Assembly: GCA_001805105.1 (NCBI GenBank)
Contig: MHEE01000015.1
Span: 208,778-272,777 of the forward strand
DNA length: 64,000 nt
Source of the DNA: Nitrospirae bacterium GWF2_44_13
GTDB taxonomy: Bacteria; Nitrospirota; Thermodesulfovibrionia; Thermodesulfovibrionales; UBA1546
Direction of reading: 5' to 3'
The notes beneath the pieces are model-generated. The model was not told the DNA's origin. It saw only the letters and a list, made by a program, of their open reading frames with translations, and made no database searches. This document shows, one piece after another, positions 34,344-43,999 of this stretch. The stretch's first letter is position 1, and the number at the start of each line of letters is the position of its first letter. Made by a program: the position numbers and the translations under genes.

Positions 34344-34727
34344 ATGTCTCATATTTTCATAAAATGGCTTATAAACACAATAGCAATCATGCTTGCTATT
34401 AAATTCGTTCCGGGAATTACCTTTTCCGGTGAATGGTGGGGGATTCTGCTCACAGGCGTTGTCTTCGGCCTTGTGAATACATTCATACGCCCTCTCATAA
34501 AGTTCTTTACCCTGCCGCTTCTCATATTCTCACTCGGACTCTTTACATTCGTGATAAATGCCGCAATGCTCGGCGTCACTTCATGGGTGTCGGAAAGAAT
34601 GAATCTTGGTTTTCACGTTGATGGTTTTAAGTCTGCTTTCATAGGAGCGTTTCTCATCAGCATCGTAAGCCTGGCGCTCTCCTGCTTCGTGAACGGAGGA
34701 GACAGAAAACAGCATCCAGAAAGCTGA
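34344..34727 (+). CDS. DUF360 / phage-holin-4-like small membrane protein
   Basis: 127 aa with four hydrophobic segments. The pattern WLINTIAIMLA...G...LVNTFIRPLI is typical of the YvlD/DUF360 family. Confidence 0.65.
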   Translation: MSHIFIKWLINTIAIMLAIKFVPGITFSGEWWGILLTGVVFGLVNTFIRPLIKFFTLPLLIFSLGLFTFVINAAMLGVTSWVSERMNLGFHVDGFKSAFIGAFLISIVSLALSCFVNGGDRKQHPES

Positions 34728-34811
34728 GAGTTTTTCATGTGTTTTTCTCTTGTTTACTCTGTCCGGCAGGTATAAAATATAAAACTTAGAGAAGCAACCA
34801 AGGCAATCACA

Positions 34812-36623
34812 ATGGAAAAACAATCACAGACAAAGGGCATAATCAGGTCGCTCGGCCTTGTCTTTGGAGACATCGGGACAAGCCCGATTTATACGGTCAC
34901 TGTTGTATTTCTCCTCCTGAAACCTACGCATGACAATGTTATCGGCGTCCTGTCTTTAATAGTCTGGACACTTGTAACCCTTGTCACAGTGCAGTATGCC
35001 TGGCTTGCCATGAGCCTGAGCAGAAGAGGCGAAGGCGGAGACATCGTGCTCAGAGAAATCTTTCTTTCACTTACAGGTTCCAAAAAAAGATTATTGTTTA
35101 TAGCCATACTGCCAATCATAAGTGTTTCACTGCTTATCGGTGATGGAGTAATCACGCCTGCCATCAGTATATTGAGCGCTGTAGAAGGTTCCCGTTTAAT
35201 CCCAGGACTCAAAAATCTTCCCAATCTATCTATTGTCTTTATTGCCGGGATAATTGCCATTATACTATTCTCATTTCAGCGCAAAGGCACAGAGAAAGTT
35301 GCAGGCGCATTCGGGCCTATTATGGTTGTATGGTTCACATCCCTTGCAACAGTGGGCATCTTATCTGTCCTTGAAGCGCCAGAGGTCTTAAAGGCGTTAA
35401 ATCCGTACTACGGGATAAAATTTCTATCAGATAATGGTTTTATAGGATTCATAGCCCTTGGAGAGATAATCCTCTGCGCAACAGGCGGCGAGGCATTATA
35501 TGCAGACATGGGGCATCTTGGCGGGAAACCTATACGCCAGGCATGGTCAGGAGTCTTTATCGCCCTTGTGCTTAATTACCTTGGGCAGGGGGCATTCTTA
35601 TTAAGATATCCCGAGACAAAGACCATACTCTTCGAAATGGTTTTCCATTACATAGAAATCCTGTATATACCGTTCCTGTTATTAAGCATAACAGCAACTG
35701 TGATTGCCTCGCAGGCAATGATAAGCGGAATGTTCTCAATAGTCTATCAGGGGATAAACACGAGACTGATGCCCATGTTCAAAGTGGATTACACATCTAC
35801 TGAGAGAAGGTCACAGATATACTTAAGTTCTGTAAACTGGTTCCTTCTTATTTCAGTGCTTTTCATAATGTTTGAATTTAAGGAATCAAGCAGCCTTGCC
35901 GCAGCCTACGGCCTTGCAGTTACAGGCACAATGACCCTGACAGGCATAATGATGGCTCTTATCTTTTATCTCAAAAAGAAACCTCTGCTCTCAGCTATTT
36001 CCGTTCTTGTAACATGCATTGATGTTGCATATTTCACTGCAAATTTCTACAAGATACCTCACGGCGGCTACTGGTCGCTCATAATTGCCTCAATACCTTT
36101 TGGAATGATAATCCTTTATACAAAAGGGCAGAAAAGGCTTTACAGAAATATGAGCTTCATGCCGTTAGAAGAATTTCTGCACAAATTTACCAGAGTATAC
36201 GAGACAACCGAAAGGATAAAGGGGACAGTGCTGTTTCTTATAAGGGACGCAAAAGAGCTTCCTTTTTATATAACACAGACTATGTTTTATCACGGCATCT
36301 TATACGAAGACAATATACTTGTATCCATAATCAAGAGGGACGACCCTTTCGGCGTTACGGGTTTCTTTAAAGAAGGCCTCGCAAAAGGCCTCAGGGTGTT
36401 TGAGATACAGATGGGATATATGGAAATGGTTGACATAGAGGAGATATTGAGAGAGGCAGGCGTAGAGGAGAGGTCTGTCTTTTATGGGGTTGAAGAAATT
36501 GCCACCAGCAACCCGATATGGAAGGCTTTCTATTTCATCAAGAGAAATACCTCAACGTTTATCCGTTTCTACCAGTTCCCTCCTAAAAAACTTCACGGCG
36601 TCATTACAAAGGTGGAGTTATAG
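34812..36623 (+). CDS. kup: KUP-family potassium transporter
   Basis: N-terminal motif LGLVFGDIGTSPIYT. 603 aa polytopic protein with a C-terminal cytoplasmic domain. Confidence 0.9.
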   Translation: MEKQSQTKGIIRSLGLVFGDIGTSPIYTVTVVFLLLKPTHDNVIGVLSLIVWTLVTLVTVQYAWLAMSLSRRGEGGDIVLREIFLSLTGSKKRLLFIAILPIISVSLLIGDGVITPAISILSAVEGSRLIPGLKNLPNLSIVFIAGIIAIILFSFQRKGTEKVAGAFGPIMVVWFTSLATVGILSVLEAPEVLKALNPYYGIKFLSDNGFIGFIALGEIILCATGGEALYADMGHLGGKPIRQAWSGVFIALVLNYLGQGAFLLRYPETKTILFEMVFHYIEILYIPFLLLSITATVIASQAMISGMFSIVYQGINTRLMPMFKVDYTSTERRSQIYLSSVNWFLLISVLFIMFEFKESSSLAAAYGLAVTGTMTLTGIMMALIFYLKKKPLLSAISVLVTCIDVAYFTANFYKIPHGGYWSLIIASIPFGMIILYTKGQKRLYRNMSFMPLEEFLHKFTRVYETTERIKGTVLFLIRDAKELPFYITQTMFYHGILYEDNILVSIIKRDDPFGVTGFFKEGLAKGLRVFEIQMGYMEMVDIEEILREAGVEERSVFYGVEEIATSNPIWKAFYFIKRNTSTFIRFYQFPPKKLHGVITKVEL

Positions 36624-36624
36624 T

Positions 36625-36852
36625 ATGCGTGATAAATGCGGCGGCGCAGCAAATCTGAGAACCCCTATCCTTAAGGTAAAGCGGTGTCCCGAATGTGATG
36701 CCGATGTGGAAATCTTTTCAACCGATATCGAGACAAAATGCGGCAAATGCGGATTTATCATATACAATGAGATTGAGTCGTGCATCCAGTGGTGCAAATA
36801 TGCAAAGGAATGTGTTGGAGAGGAACTTTATAAGAAATTGAAAAAGCAATAA
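36625..36852 (+). CDS. Small Cys-rich zinc-ribbon protein (75 aa)
   Basis: CPECDADVE...CGKCGF plus a C-x3-C-x5-C tail. The ATG lies 1 nt after the kup stop; the longer track ORF from 36484 overlaps kup and is rejected. Confidence 0.55.
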   Translation: MRDKCGGAANLRTPILKVKRCPECDADVEIFSTDIETKCGKCGFIIYNEIESCIQWCKYAKECVGEELYKKLKKQ

Positions 36853-36863
36853 AAGCACTTTAA

Positions 36864-38306
36864 TCACCTTTGCCGTTTATACTCTTCTGCCTTCTTTATC
36901 ATCCCGCTTGTCCATTCAGGCGTTCCGAGTGCGTGGGTATGCGTATACGTTGCAAGGACATTCTTATAGCACAGGCCGTCCAGTTTATCTGTAATCCCCT
37001 CTCCCCTCTTCATCCCAAAGGCAAAAGAGATATTCCCTGCATTGAATTCTGAGGCTGCTTCAGGGTTAATGACGCGGGAATAATGGAACTCATGCCCTTT
37101 AAGCACAGCGCCCTCAGGATAAAAGGGATTGGCTTTCCGCACCTCTGCTATTGAATAACCGTGAGCCTGCGGCTTCTTCTCAAGAGAAAAAATGAACGGA
37201 AAAATTTCTGTCATTGGATATGTCCTGCCGTCTACGACAAGGGACTTGCCTAAATACATCAGCCCTCCGCACTCAGCATAGACAGAAAGCCCTTTTTCAA
37301 TGGCTTTCCTCAGAGAATCTCTGAAATCACTGTTTTCAGCAAGGGCTATCGCATGTGTCTCAGGAAACCCTCCGCCGATATAAAGCGCATCAATATCAGG
37401 AAGCGACTTTTCCTTTAATGCGCTTATCTCTATTATTTCCGCTCCCAGCGCCTTAAGCTCTTCAAAGTTTTCGGGATAATAAAACTGAAAAGCAGAATCC
37501 CTGATAACGCCAATTTTAAGTCCTGATGATGCATGATGCATGATGCATGATGCACGATTTCCTTCATCCTGTATCCTGCATCGTGTATCGTGTATCGTGT
37601 TGGTCATGGGCTCTGCCTCTTTTGCAATCTTTAAAATAGCATCAACATCAATATATTCCTCAGTTATCTCAAGCGCTTTATCAATTGCCTTCTGAGCCCC
37701 TATATGTTCCTGAAAAGGCACCAGCCCCATATGCCTCTCCGGAAAATTTTCTTCTCTCATTCTGGGAAACGCTCCAAGGACTGGAATCTTGCAGTATTTC
37801 TCTATAGAGTTCCTGATTATGAATTCATGCCTGCTTCCCGCGATATAGTTCAGGACAACGCCCTTTATTTCAACACCTGAATCAAACTTCTGAATGCCTG
37901 CTATTATTGCCGCAATCGTCCTTGTTGCCTTTGTGCAGTCAACAATAAGCAGGACAGGCGATTTAAGCATCTTTGCAAGCTCTGCTGTGCTGTGAGTGCC
38001 TTGCTCGTCCATCCCGTCATAAAATCCCCTATTGCCTTCTATCACGGCAATATCAGCAGTTTTCGCATGATTCATAAACGAAGGGATTATCCGCGATTCG
38101 CTGACTAAAAATGTATCAAGGTTATAGCACGGGGTTCCTGCTGCGGTTGAAAGCCATCCGCCGTCAATATAATCAGGGCCTTTTTTGAATGGGATAACTT
38201 TCATCCCTTTCTTCCTGAATGCTGCTATCAACCCAAGCGAAAGAGTTGTCTTGCCTGAGCCGCCCTTCAAACCTGCTACAATAATTCTCGGATATTTCAT
38301 TTTCAT
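36864..38306 (-). CDS. dsrN: Cobyrinate a,c-diamide synthase-like amidase (DsrN-type siroheme amidase by context)
   Basis: CbiA-type P-loop AGLKGGSGKTT and a C-terminal GATase domain (YAECGGLMYL). It lies downstream of dsrABD and contains a 26-codon repeat-derived linker insertion. Confidence 0.8.
   Translation of the reverse strand: MKMKYPRIIVAGLKGGSGKTTLSLGLIAAFRKKGMKVIPFKKGPDYIDGGWLSTAAGTPCYNLDTFLVSESRIIPSFMNHAKTADIAVIEGNRGFYDGMDEQGTHSTAELAKMLKSPVLLIVDCTKATRTIAAIIAGIQKFDSGVEIKGVVLNYIAGSRHEFIIRNSIEKYCKIPVLGAFPRMREENFPERHMGLVPFQEHIGAQKAIDKALEITEEYIDVDAILKIAKEAEPMTNTIHDTRCRIQDEGNRASCIMHHASSGLKIGVIRDSAFQFYYPENFEELKALGAEIIEISALKEKSLPDIDALYIGGGFPETHAIALAENSDFRDSLRKAIEKGLSVYAECGGLMYLGKSLVVDGRTYPMTEIFPFIFSLEKKPQAHGYSIAEVRKANPFYPEGAVLKGHEFHYSRVINPEAASEFNAGNISFAFGMKRGEGITDKLDGLCYKNVLATYTHTHALGTPEWTSGMIKKAEEYKRQR
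37527..37601. repeat. Two heptamer arrays inside dsrN: (TGATGCA)x4 and (TCSTGYA)x5
   Basis: Four perfect TGATGCA units occupy 37527-37554. The units TCCTGTA TCCTGCA TCGTGTA TCGTGTA TCGTGTT occupy 37567-37601. Confidence 0.9.
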
Positions 38307-38362
38307 TCAATCGTTCCTTTGAATACGATATATTGCCTTAAATTTTGGTGATAATCAACCGT

Positions 38363-38405
38363 CCAAAAAAAAGGCACTGGGAGCATACTGCTTCCACTGC
38401 CTTTT
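38363..38405 (-). terminator. Stem-loop plus T8 run after dsrD (possible intra-operon attenuator/terminator)
   Basis: On the minus strand: GGCAGTGGAAGCA-gta-TGCTCCCAGTGCC (13-bp stem with 2 mismatches) followed by TTTTTTTT. Confidence 0.45.
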
Positions 38406-38431
38406 AAAATCAGTTGATTAAACTGCTGGAT

Positions 38432-38680
38432 TTACTTTATAAGTCCTTTTTCCCTGAGATACTCTTCGCTTGGAATTTCCACCGAGCTTGCACCGCCGCC
38501 GTAGGAATACATAAGCCTTCCTACATCTATCATTCCCCTCATCGCCTTTTTAACCACATCCTTATCAATCCCGGTCTCAGCGCTCATGCCGTTGATGATA
38601 TCCTTTTCTTTCAGTTTCTTTTTACCTTTTGCGGCCTGTACGAAGGCAAAAATTTTGTCTTGCAGTTCAGCTGTTTCCAT
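38432..38680 (-). CDS. dsrD: Dissimilatory sulfite reductase D (DsrD)
   Basis: 82-aa lysine-rich winged-helix-like protein immediately after dsrB. I start at the ATG at 38680 because GGAGG lies 8 nt upstream. Confidence 0.8.
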   Translation of the reverse strand: METAELQDKIFAFVQAAKGKKKLKEKDIINGMSAETGIDKDVVKKAMRGMIDVGRLMYSYGGGASSVEIPSEEYLREKGLIK

Positions 38681-38768
38681 ATACCTTACCTCCATGATAG
38701 CTTTTATAGAGTTTATAAGAAGGGCAGTCCAGAGAATCGGGACTGCCCTTGTCCTTAAATCCCTAATA

Positions 38769-39839
38769 TTACCACTTGAATGCTGGCGAAGTCCTCAAGG
38801 TATCTCTCATAAAGGTGAAGTCATCGATAGAATGGAATGTGAACTCAATGCCGGTAAGAGAGAAGAACCTCTCCCATCCGACCCTCTCAATCCATTCACC
38901 AACCCTCTCGTGTTTCCGTGCATTCGCAGCATAAACCTCAACAATATGTTTTACTGCTGCAACAACCTTCGGCCATCTTGGCGGCTCGTTTGAGATGTAA
39001 GGGATAACGAGCTTGGAGAATTTCGGGTTAGTCCTTAAGGTGCTGACCTTACCGCCGACAACGATTGCAATACCGTCTCTCTCCGGATCCTTGATGCTCA
39101 TCGGTGGACATACGGTGAAGCAGTTACCACAGAACATGCACTTTTCAGGGTTGATCTTGACACTCTTCTGTGCAGTATCAGGGCTGATTGCGCGGGTCGG
39201 ACAGGATCCGATGACCGTAGGAAGCTCGCACATGTTCTTAAAGTTTGCGTGGGCAATTGTAGGGATCTTTGTATGCACCGCAACAATGGCTATGTCAGAG
39301 CAATGAACAGCTCCGCACATATTCACACAGCAGGCGACCGCGAGTCTAAGCTTATTGGGGAGCCTCTTTGACTCAAAGTATTCATAAAGTTCATCCATCA
39401 TGGATTTTACAAGTCCTGACGCGTCAGTGGCAGCGCTGTGGCAGTGTACCCATCCCTGGGTATGGACAATGTTGCTGATACCATAACCAATACCACCCAT
39501 CTTGAAGCCTTTATCTTTAAGCTCCTTCTTCAGCGGCTCAAGTTTCTTCTCGTCTGAAACTATGAATTCCACATTGTTTCTTGTTGTGTACCTTAGGTAT
39601 CCGTCGCAATACTTTTCTGCAATATCGCACTGCTCACGGATTGTCGCAGTGGACAAGAGCCTCGGAGATGCAACTCTGACTGTCCATATCTTGTCTCCAC
39701 TCTCTCCAACATGAACCATTGTCCCCGGAGTCAGTACCTCATGGTACTTCCACTTGCCGTAATTCTTTTGTATAACAGGCGGCAAGAACTGTTTATAATG
39801 AGGCGGCCCAATGTCTGTTTTCCTCTGTGGTAATGCCAT
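38769..39839 (-). CDS. dsrB: Dissimilatory sulfite reductase beta subunit
   Basis: 356 aa with siroheme/[4Fe-4S] cysteines (CHSAATD...[15 protein letters not shown]) and a ferredoxin insert CPTRAI...[12 protein letters not shown]. Confidence 0.92.
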   Translation of the reverse strand: MALPQRKTDIGPPHYKQFLPPVIQKNYGKWKYHEVLTPGTMVHVGESGDKIWTVRVASPRLLSTATIREQCDIAEKYCDGYLRYTTRNNVEFIVSDEKKLEPLKKELKDKGFKMGGIGYGISNIVHTQGWVHCHSAATDASGLVKSMMDELYEYFESKRLPNKLRLAVACCVNMCGAVHCSDIAIVAVHTKIPTIAHANFKNMCELPTVIGSCPTRAISPDTAQKSVKINPEKCMFCGNCFTVCPPMSIKDPERDGIAIVVGGKVSTLRTNPKFSKLVIPYISNEPPRWPKVVAAVKHIVEVYAANARKHERVGEWIERVGWERFFSLTGIEFTFHSIDDFTFMRDTLRTSPAFKW

Positions 39840-39867
39840 CTTTAATATCCTCCTTATTCAGATTTTA

Positions 39868-41100
39868 TTAAAATTTATATTTTCCTGTTTTCTTTTCTTC
39901 TGCTTCTTTCGCCTTGTATGCAGTTATATCTTCTTCTGTATAGAACATGAAGGGATCCTTCCTCGGCTCCTTAATCTGCTGCGGTAGAGGCGGCACGCCA
40001 ATATACTCAAGGAAGGACCGCATGCCTTTCGTCTCGATGACCTCACCGATTCTCTCTCTCGGCTTTGCATTCTCATCCCACCAATCCCAAATCTTTCTGA
40101 TTAATTCTTTCAGTTCTGTATATGGCGGCTCAAGCTTGATGAACGGAACGACAACCCATGAAAGAAGAGAGCCGACAACGATCGGGGCCTTACTGCCGAT
40201 ACAGATGGTTGCTCCTTTTTCACCACTAGGCTTCAGGGCCTTTGTCATCTTTGCTATACAGTGCATGCACCTGCTGCACTCAGCATTATCTATCTTCATT
40301 TCCTTGCCGTCATAGCTGATACACTGGGTCGGACACATATTCACAATTTCGGCGTTGATATCCATCCTATTCTTGGCATAATTCTTGACTTCGGCCTGGT
40401 CGATCACGATATTACCCTTCCATGTTCCGATAATTGACATGTCGGAACGCGCGAGTGATGCAACACAGTCGCAGGCGCAACCTGACAACTTAAACTTAAA
40501 TTTATAAGAGAACGACGGCCTGTGCATCTCATCCTGGAATTCCTGTGTCAACGCATAGTTCAGATCGAGGGTATCATAGTTTGCCCATTCACAGCGGGCA
40601 GGGCCAACGCAGCAGCTCGGAGTTCTGAGCGCTGAACCTGAACTGCCGAGGTCCCATCCGCGGGAGGAATATTCAGCAAATACCGCCTCAAGCGATTCTG
40701 TCCTGCAACCCAGAAGAACCAAGTCGCCTGTTGAACCATGCATGTTTGTAATGCCGCTTCCGTATTTATCCCATATATCGCATATCTCTTTAAGCGCCTT
40801 GCTTGTGTAGAAAAATCCGCTCGGCTGGTTTAATCTGACGGTATGGAAATGCGCCACACCTGGGAATTCATCGCCTAATTCAGAATACCTTCCGATAACT
40901 CCGCCTCCGTACCCAAGAACGCCGACTATACCACCGTGTTTCCAGTATCCAACCTTGGTGCTGTAACATTTTTCAAGATGACCGACAGCGTCATTCGCCA
41001 TCTCATTGGTCTTGGCAGCTTTTTTCATCTCCGTGACAAAGCTTGGCCACGGACCCTTTTCAAGGTCGTCAATTAAGGGCGTATTATACTTTTTCATCAA
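39868..41100 (-). CDS. dsrA: Dissimilatory sulfite reductase alpha subunit
   Basis: 410 aa with GPWPSFV, the LSGCACDC cluster motif, and a ferredoxin insert CPTQCI...CSRCMHC. SD AAAGGAGG lies upstream. Confidence 0.92.
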   Translation of the reverse strand: MMKKYNTPLIDDLEKGPWPSFVTEMKKAAKTNEMANDAVGHLEKCYSTKVGYWKHGGIVGVLGYGGGVIGRYSELGDEFPGVAHFHTVRLNQPSGFFYTSKALKEICDIWDKYGSGITNMHGSTGDLVLLGCRTESLEAVFAEYSSRGWDLGSSGSALRTPSCCVGPARCEWANYDTLDLNYALTQEFQDEMHRPSFSYKFKFKLSGCACDCVASLARSDMSIIGTWKGNIVIDQAEVKNYAKNRMDINAEIVNMCPTQCISYDGKEMKIDNAECSRCMHCIAKMTKALKPSGEKGATICIGSKAPIVVGSLLSWVVVPFIKLEPPYTELKELIRKIWDWWDENAKPRERIGEVIETKGMRSFLEYIGVPPLPQQIKEPRKDPFMFYTEEDITAYKAKEAEEKKTGKYKF

Positions 41101-41351
41101 ATTCCTCCTTTGTGTGATTTTTATAGCCTAATTTTCGTGAAAAAATGTAAACTAAACAGATTAAAACACCTCTTATCTAATAGTCAAATAAAAAAATTAA
41201 TTTATTAATCACAATTATTTATTATCAATAAATTCTCTGCAGTTAAGTGTTCGATCAGGCTTTAGAGCCATCGCTTAATGCCTCCGGCCAAGGGAATGTC
41301 ATCAAAATATGCTATAACTATAGGTTTTTAAAGATAATTTTGTCAATGATA

Positions 41352-41879
41352 TTACGCATCTCTGCTGAGAAATCTTATGGCTTCTTTTACCTTCTCTAAA
41401 TCTACCTGAGTATTGAGGCAGGGGCCAAAAGGCCGCTCGTTTGGAATGCCAAGCACAGGCAGCGGATAGGTATCAACAATCCCGCTGCTAAGGTCTGCTT
41501 CGCATGCGACAGCAACTATTGCATCGGGCCTTAAATCTTTTATAATCCTCCTTGCAAGCGTACCGCCTGTTGCGACAGAAAGGTTAAGCTTATTCTCATC
41601 TGCAATCTGTATGAGATCTTTTATCTCGCACTTGCCGCATCCTTCACAGTTATAAATATTATGCGTAAGCCGGATTGTGCACTCATCTATCTGAAGGCAG
41701 TGCGGCAAGAGAAGCAGTATCTTCTTTGTCTTCGGATTTTCAGCCCTGACAAGTTTATTGTTAAGGTTTATGATAAACTGCTGAAGCTGTTCTTTCTTAT
41801 CCTTTCTGAAAGAGCCTATAACCATAAGCATTGGATACAAAAACCTCAGCGCCAATCCCCTTATCCACCTACGCTTCAT
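41352..41879 (-). CDS. DUF116-family protein
   Basis: Cys-rich 175-aa protein (PHCLQ...CEGCGKC). It overlaps the end of fmt, the usual DUF116 context. Confidence 0.65.
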   Translation of the reverse strand: MKRRWIRGLALRFLYPMLMVIGSFRKDKKEQLQQFIINLNNKLVRAENPKTKKILLLLPHCLQIDECTIRLTHNIYNCEGCGKCEIKDLIQIADENKLNLSVATGGTLARRIIKDLRPDAIVAVACEADLSSGIVDTYPLPVLGIPNERPFGPCLNTQVDLEKVKEAIRFLSRDA

Positions 41880-42795
41880 CGAAATACGTCCCTTCCTTTA
41901 TGTTCCTGCCCTGAAGAAAAGCCTTTGCCGGCATCATTTTTTTGTTCTGCGGCTGAAGTGCAATAATGGAAAGCAGCCCGCAGCCCGTGCCTGCAATAAA
42001 CTCACCATCATGCGCTTTTTCTATCCGCCCGGCCATTCCTGAGCCGGAAACCGCCTTAACACCAATAAGTTTAATCATTTCCCCATTCAAATAACAATAC
42101 GCCCCGGGCCATGGGTGCATTCCCCTCACAAAATTGGACAGTTCCGGTGCTGTCTTTGTCCAGTTCACCCTGCCATCCTCTTTTTTGATAATTGGAGCAT
42201 AAGCAGCCTCTTTTGACTGTTTCTGCGGTTTCAATGAGCCGTCCTTTATACTGCTTATCGTCTTAAGCAGCAGCGATGCTCCAATTTCAGACAACCTAAG
42301 GCTCAGGGTTTCTGTTGTATCATCACCTCTAACCTCAAGCTCTTCCTGAAGCAGAATATCGCCTGTGTCAAGCCCCTTATCCATAAGCATGGTTGTAATG
42401 CCTGTTTTTTTCTCGCCGTTTATTATCGCCCACGCAATCGGAGCCGCGCCCCTGTATTTTGGGAGAAGTGATGCATGGACATTTATGCAGCCCAGCTCAG
42501 GAAGCCTGAGTATCTCCTCCGTAAGAATCTTTCCGTAAGCCACAACCGCTATAAGCTCCGGCTTTATTGACGAAAGTTCATTCAGAAAAGCAGTGTCATT
42601 CATTTTCTTCGGCTGAAGCACGTTTATCCCGTTTTTTACAGCAAGTTCTTTCACAGGCGACTGCGAAAGTAAATGCCCCCTTCCTTTTTTTCTGTCAGGT
42701 TGTGTTACAACTGCAGAGATTTCTTCTCCAGCCTGAAGTAGCGCTTTAAGTGATGAGACTGCAAACAAAGGGGTACCGAAAAAGACTATACGCAT
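41869..42795 (-). CDS. fmt: Methionyl-tRNA formyltransferase
   Basis: MRIVFFGTP...VVTQPD...NVHASLLP motifs. Confidence 0.92.
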   Translation of the reverse strand: MRIVFFGTPLFAVSSLKALLQAGEEISAVVTQPDRKKGRGHLLSQSPVKELAVKNGINVLQPKKMNDTAFLNELSSIKPELIAVVAYGKILTEEILRLPELGCINVHASLLPKYRGAAPIAWAIINGEKKTGITTMLMDKGLDTGDILLQEELEVRGDDTTETLSLRLSEIGASLLLKTISSIKDGSLKPQKQSKEAAYAPIIKKEDGRVNWTKTAPELSNFVRGMHPWPGAYCYLNGEMIKLIGVKAVSGSGMAGRIEKAHDGEFIAGTGCGLLSIIALQPQNKKMMPAKAFLQGRNIKEGTYFDEA

Positions 42796-42811
42796 TTATC
42801 TCCAATAAAAG

Positions 42812-43330
42812 TTATGATTTCTTAGATTTTTCACTTAAAATTTTTTTATAGCGCTTCTTGAAAAACTCTCTCTTGATGGGGCTCAATCTGTCAATGAAGA
42901 GTAATCCGTCAAGATGGTCTATCTCATGCTGAAGCGCCCTTGCAAGAAGGTCTCCGCCTGCTATCTCTATGGGTTTGCCTTTTCTGTCTAACCCCTTTAC
43001 CAGAACCTCCTCTGCCCTTTTTACTTTTGCCCTGTACTCATGGATGCTCAGGCACCCCTCTTCATCTTCAACAGAGCCTTTTCTTTCAACAATCTCCGGA
43101 TTTATGAGTACTATAAGGGGTGTTTTTTCATCAGCCATGCTTATATCTATCACACACAGCCTCTTTGAAACTCCAACCTGATTAGCTGCAAGGCCAACCC
43201 CTTTCGCAGCATACATTGTTTCTATCATGTCATCTATCAATCTCTGGATGCTGCTGTTTATGTCAACAACAGGAGCAGTTTTTTCCTTTAAAACCTTTTC
43301 AGGATATTTTTTAATCTCAAGCAGCGCCAT
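42812..43330 (-). CDS. def: Peptide deformylase
   Basis: GVGLAANQ, EGCLS and HEIDH metal-site motifs. Confidence 0.95.
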   Translation of the reverse strand: MALLEIKKYPEKVLKEKTAPVVDINSSIQRLIDDMIETMYAAKGVGLAANQVGVSKRLCVIDISMADEKTPLIVLINPEIVERKGSVEDEEGCLSIHEYRAKVKRAEEVLVKGLDRKGKPIEIAGGDLLARALQHEIDHLDGLLFIDRLSPIKREFFKKRYKKILSEKSKKS

Positions 43331-43448
43331 TCTTTATTATAAACCATTTTAAGGTAAGTGAAGAAATGATAATAACAGGAATAAGGATGCTTAATAGTTT
43401 TTGTTTTACTTTAAATGTCTCCCTTATCCAAATCTGTTAGAATATTCC

Positions 43449-43997
43449 ATGCATCCTATAGAGATAATCAGAAAATACTACAATCCAGAATCCGAGGCTT
43501 ATAGTTTCCTTGTTCAGCACAGCAGGATGGTGGCAAAAAAGGCAGCTGAAGTTGCTGAGAGGGTCAGGCATCTGAATCCTGATATAAAATTTATTGAAGA
43601 GGCAGCAATGCTGCATGACATAGGGATATTCATGACAAATGCGCCGCAGCTTGGTTGCTATGGAGACAAACCCTATATCTGTCACGGTTATCTCGGAAGA
43701 GAACTGCTGGAGAGGGAGGGATTCCCAAGACACGCAATCGTGTGCGAAACGCATATTGGCGTAGGATTATCTGTTAAAGACATAGAGAAAAACAATTTTC
43801 CTATTCCGAAACGAGATATGATTCCGACAACTATTGAAGAAAAAATTATATGCTTTGCGGATAAATTCTTTTCAAAAGACAACGAACCCCTCAAAGAAAA
43901 ACCGATTTCAAAAGCAAGAGAATTCATAGCAAGATTCGGAGACGGTAAACTTAAGCAGTTTGATGAATGGGTAAAGTTGTTTAAAGAAACAGAGTAA
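43449..43997 (+). CDS. HD-domain phosphohydrolase
   Basis: An HD dyad in MLHDIG and downstream His residues. I take the ATG at 43449; the track uses a TTG at 43401. Confidence 0.7.
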   Translation: MHPIEIIRKYYNPESEAYSFLVQHSRMVAKKAAEVAERVRHLNPDIKFIEEAAMLHDIGIFMTNAPQLGCYGDKPYICHGYLGRELLEREGFPRHAIVCETHIGVGLSVKDIEKNNFPIPKRDMIPTTIEEKIICFADKFFSKDNEPLKEKPISKAREFIARFGDGKLKQFDEWVKLFKETE

Positions 43998-43999
43998 CT

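Noticed and set aside
36484-36624. 5' extension of the small zinc-ribbon ORF, overlapping the kup 3' end
   Set aside because: The overlap with kup is in another frame with no SD. The ATG at 36625, immediately after the kup stop, gives a compact Cys-rich protein.
37527-37601. Heptamer and other short tandem arrays as possible CRISPR arrays
   Set aside because: Units are 6-9 nt with no spacers of unique sequence, arrays are under 90 nt, and no cas genes are present.
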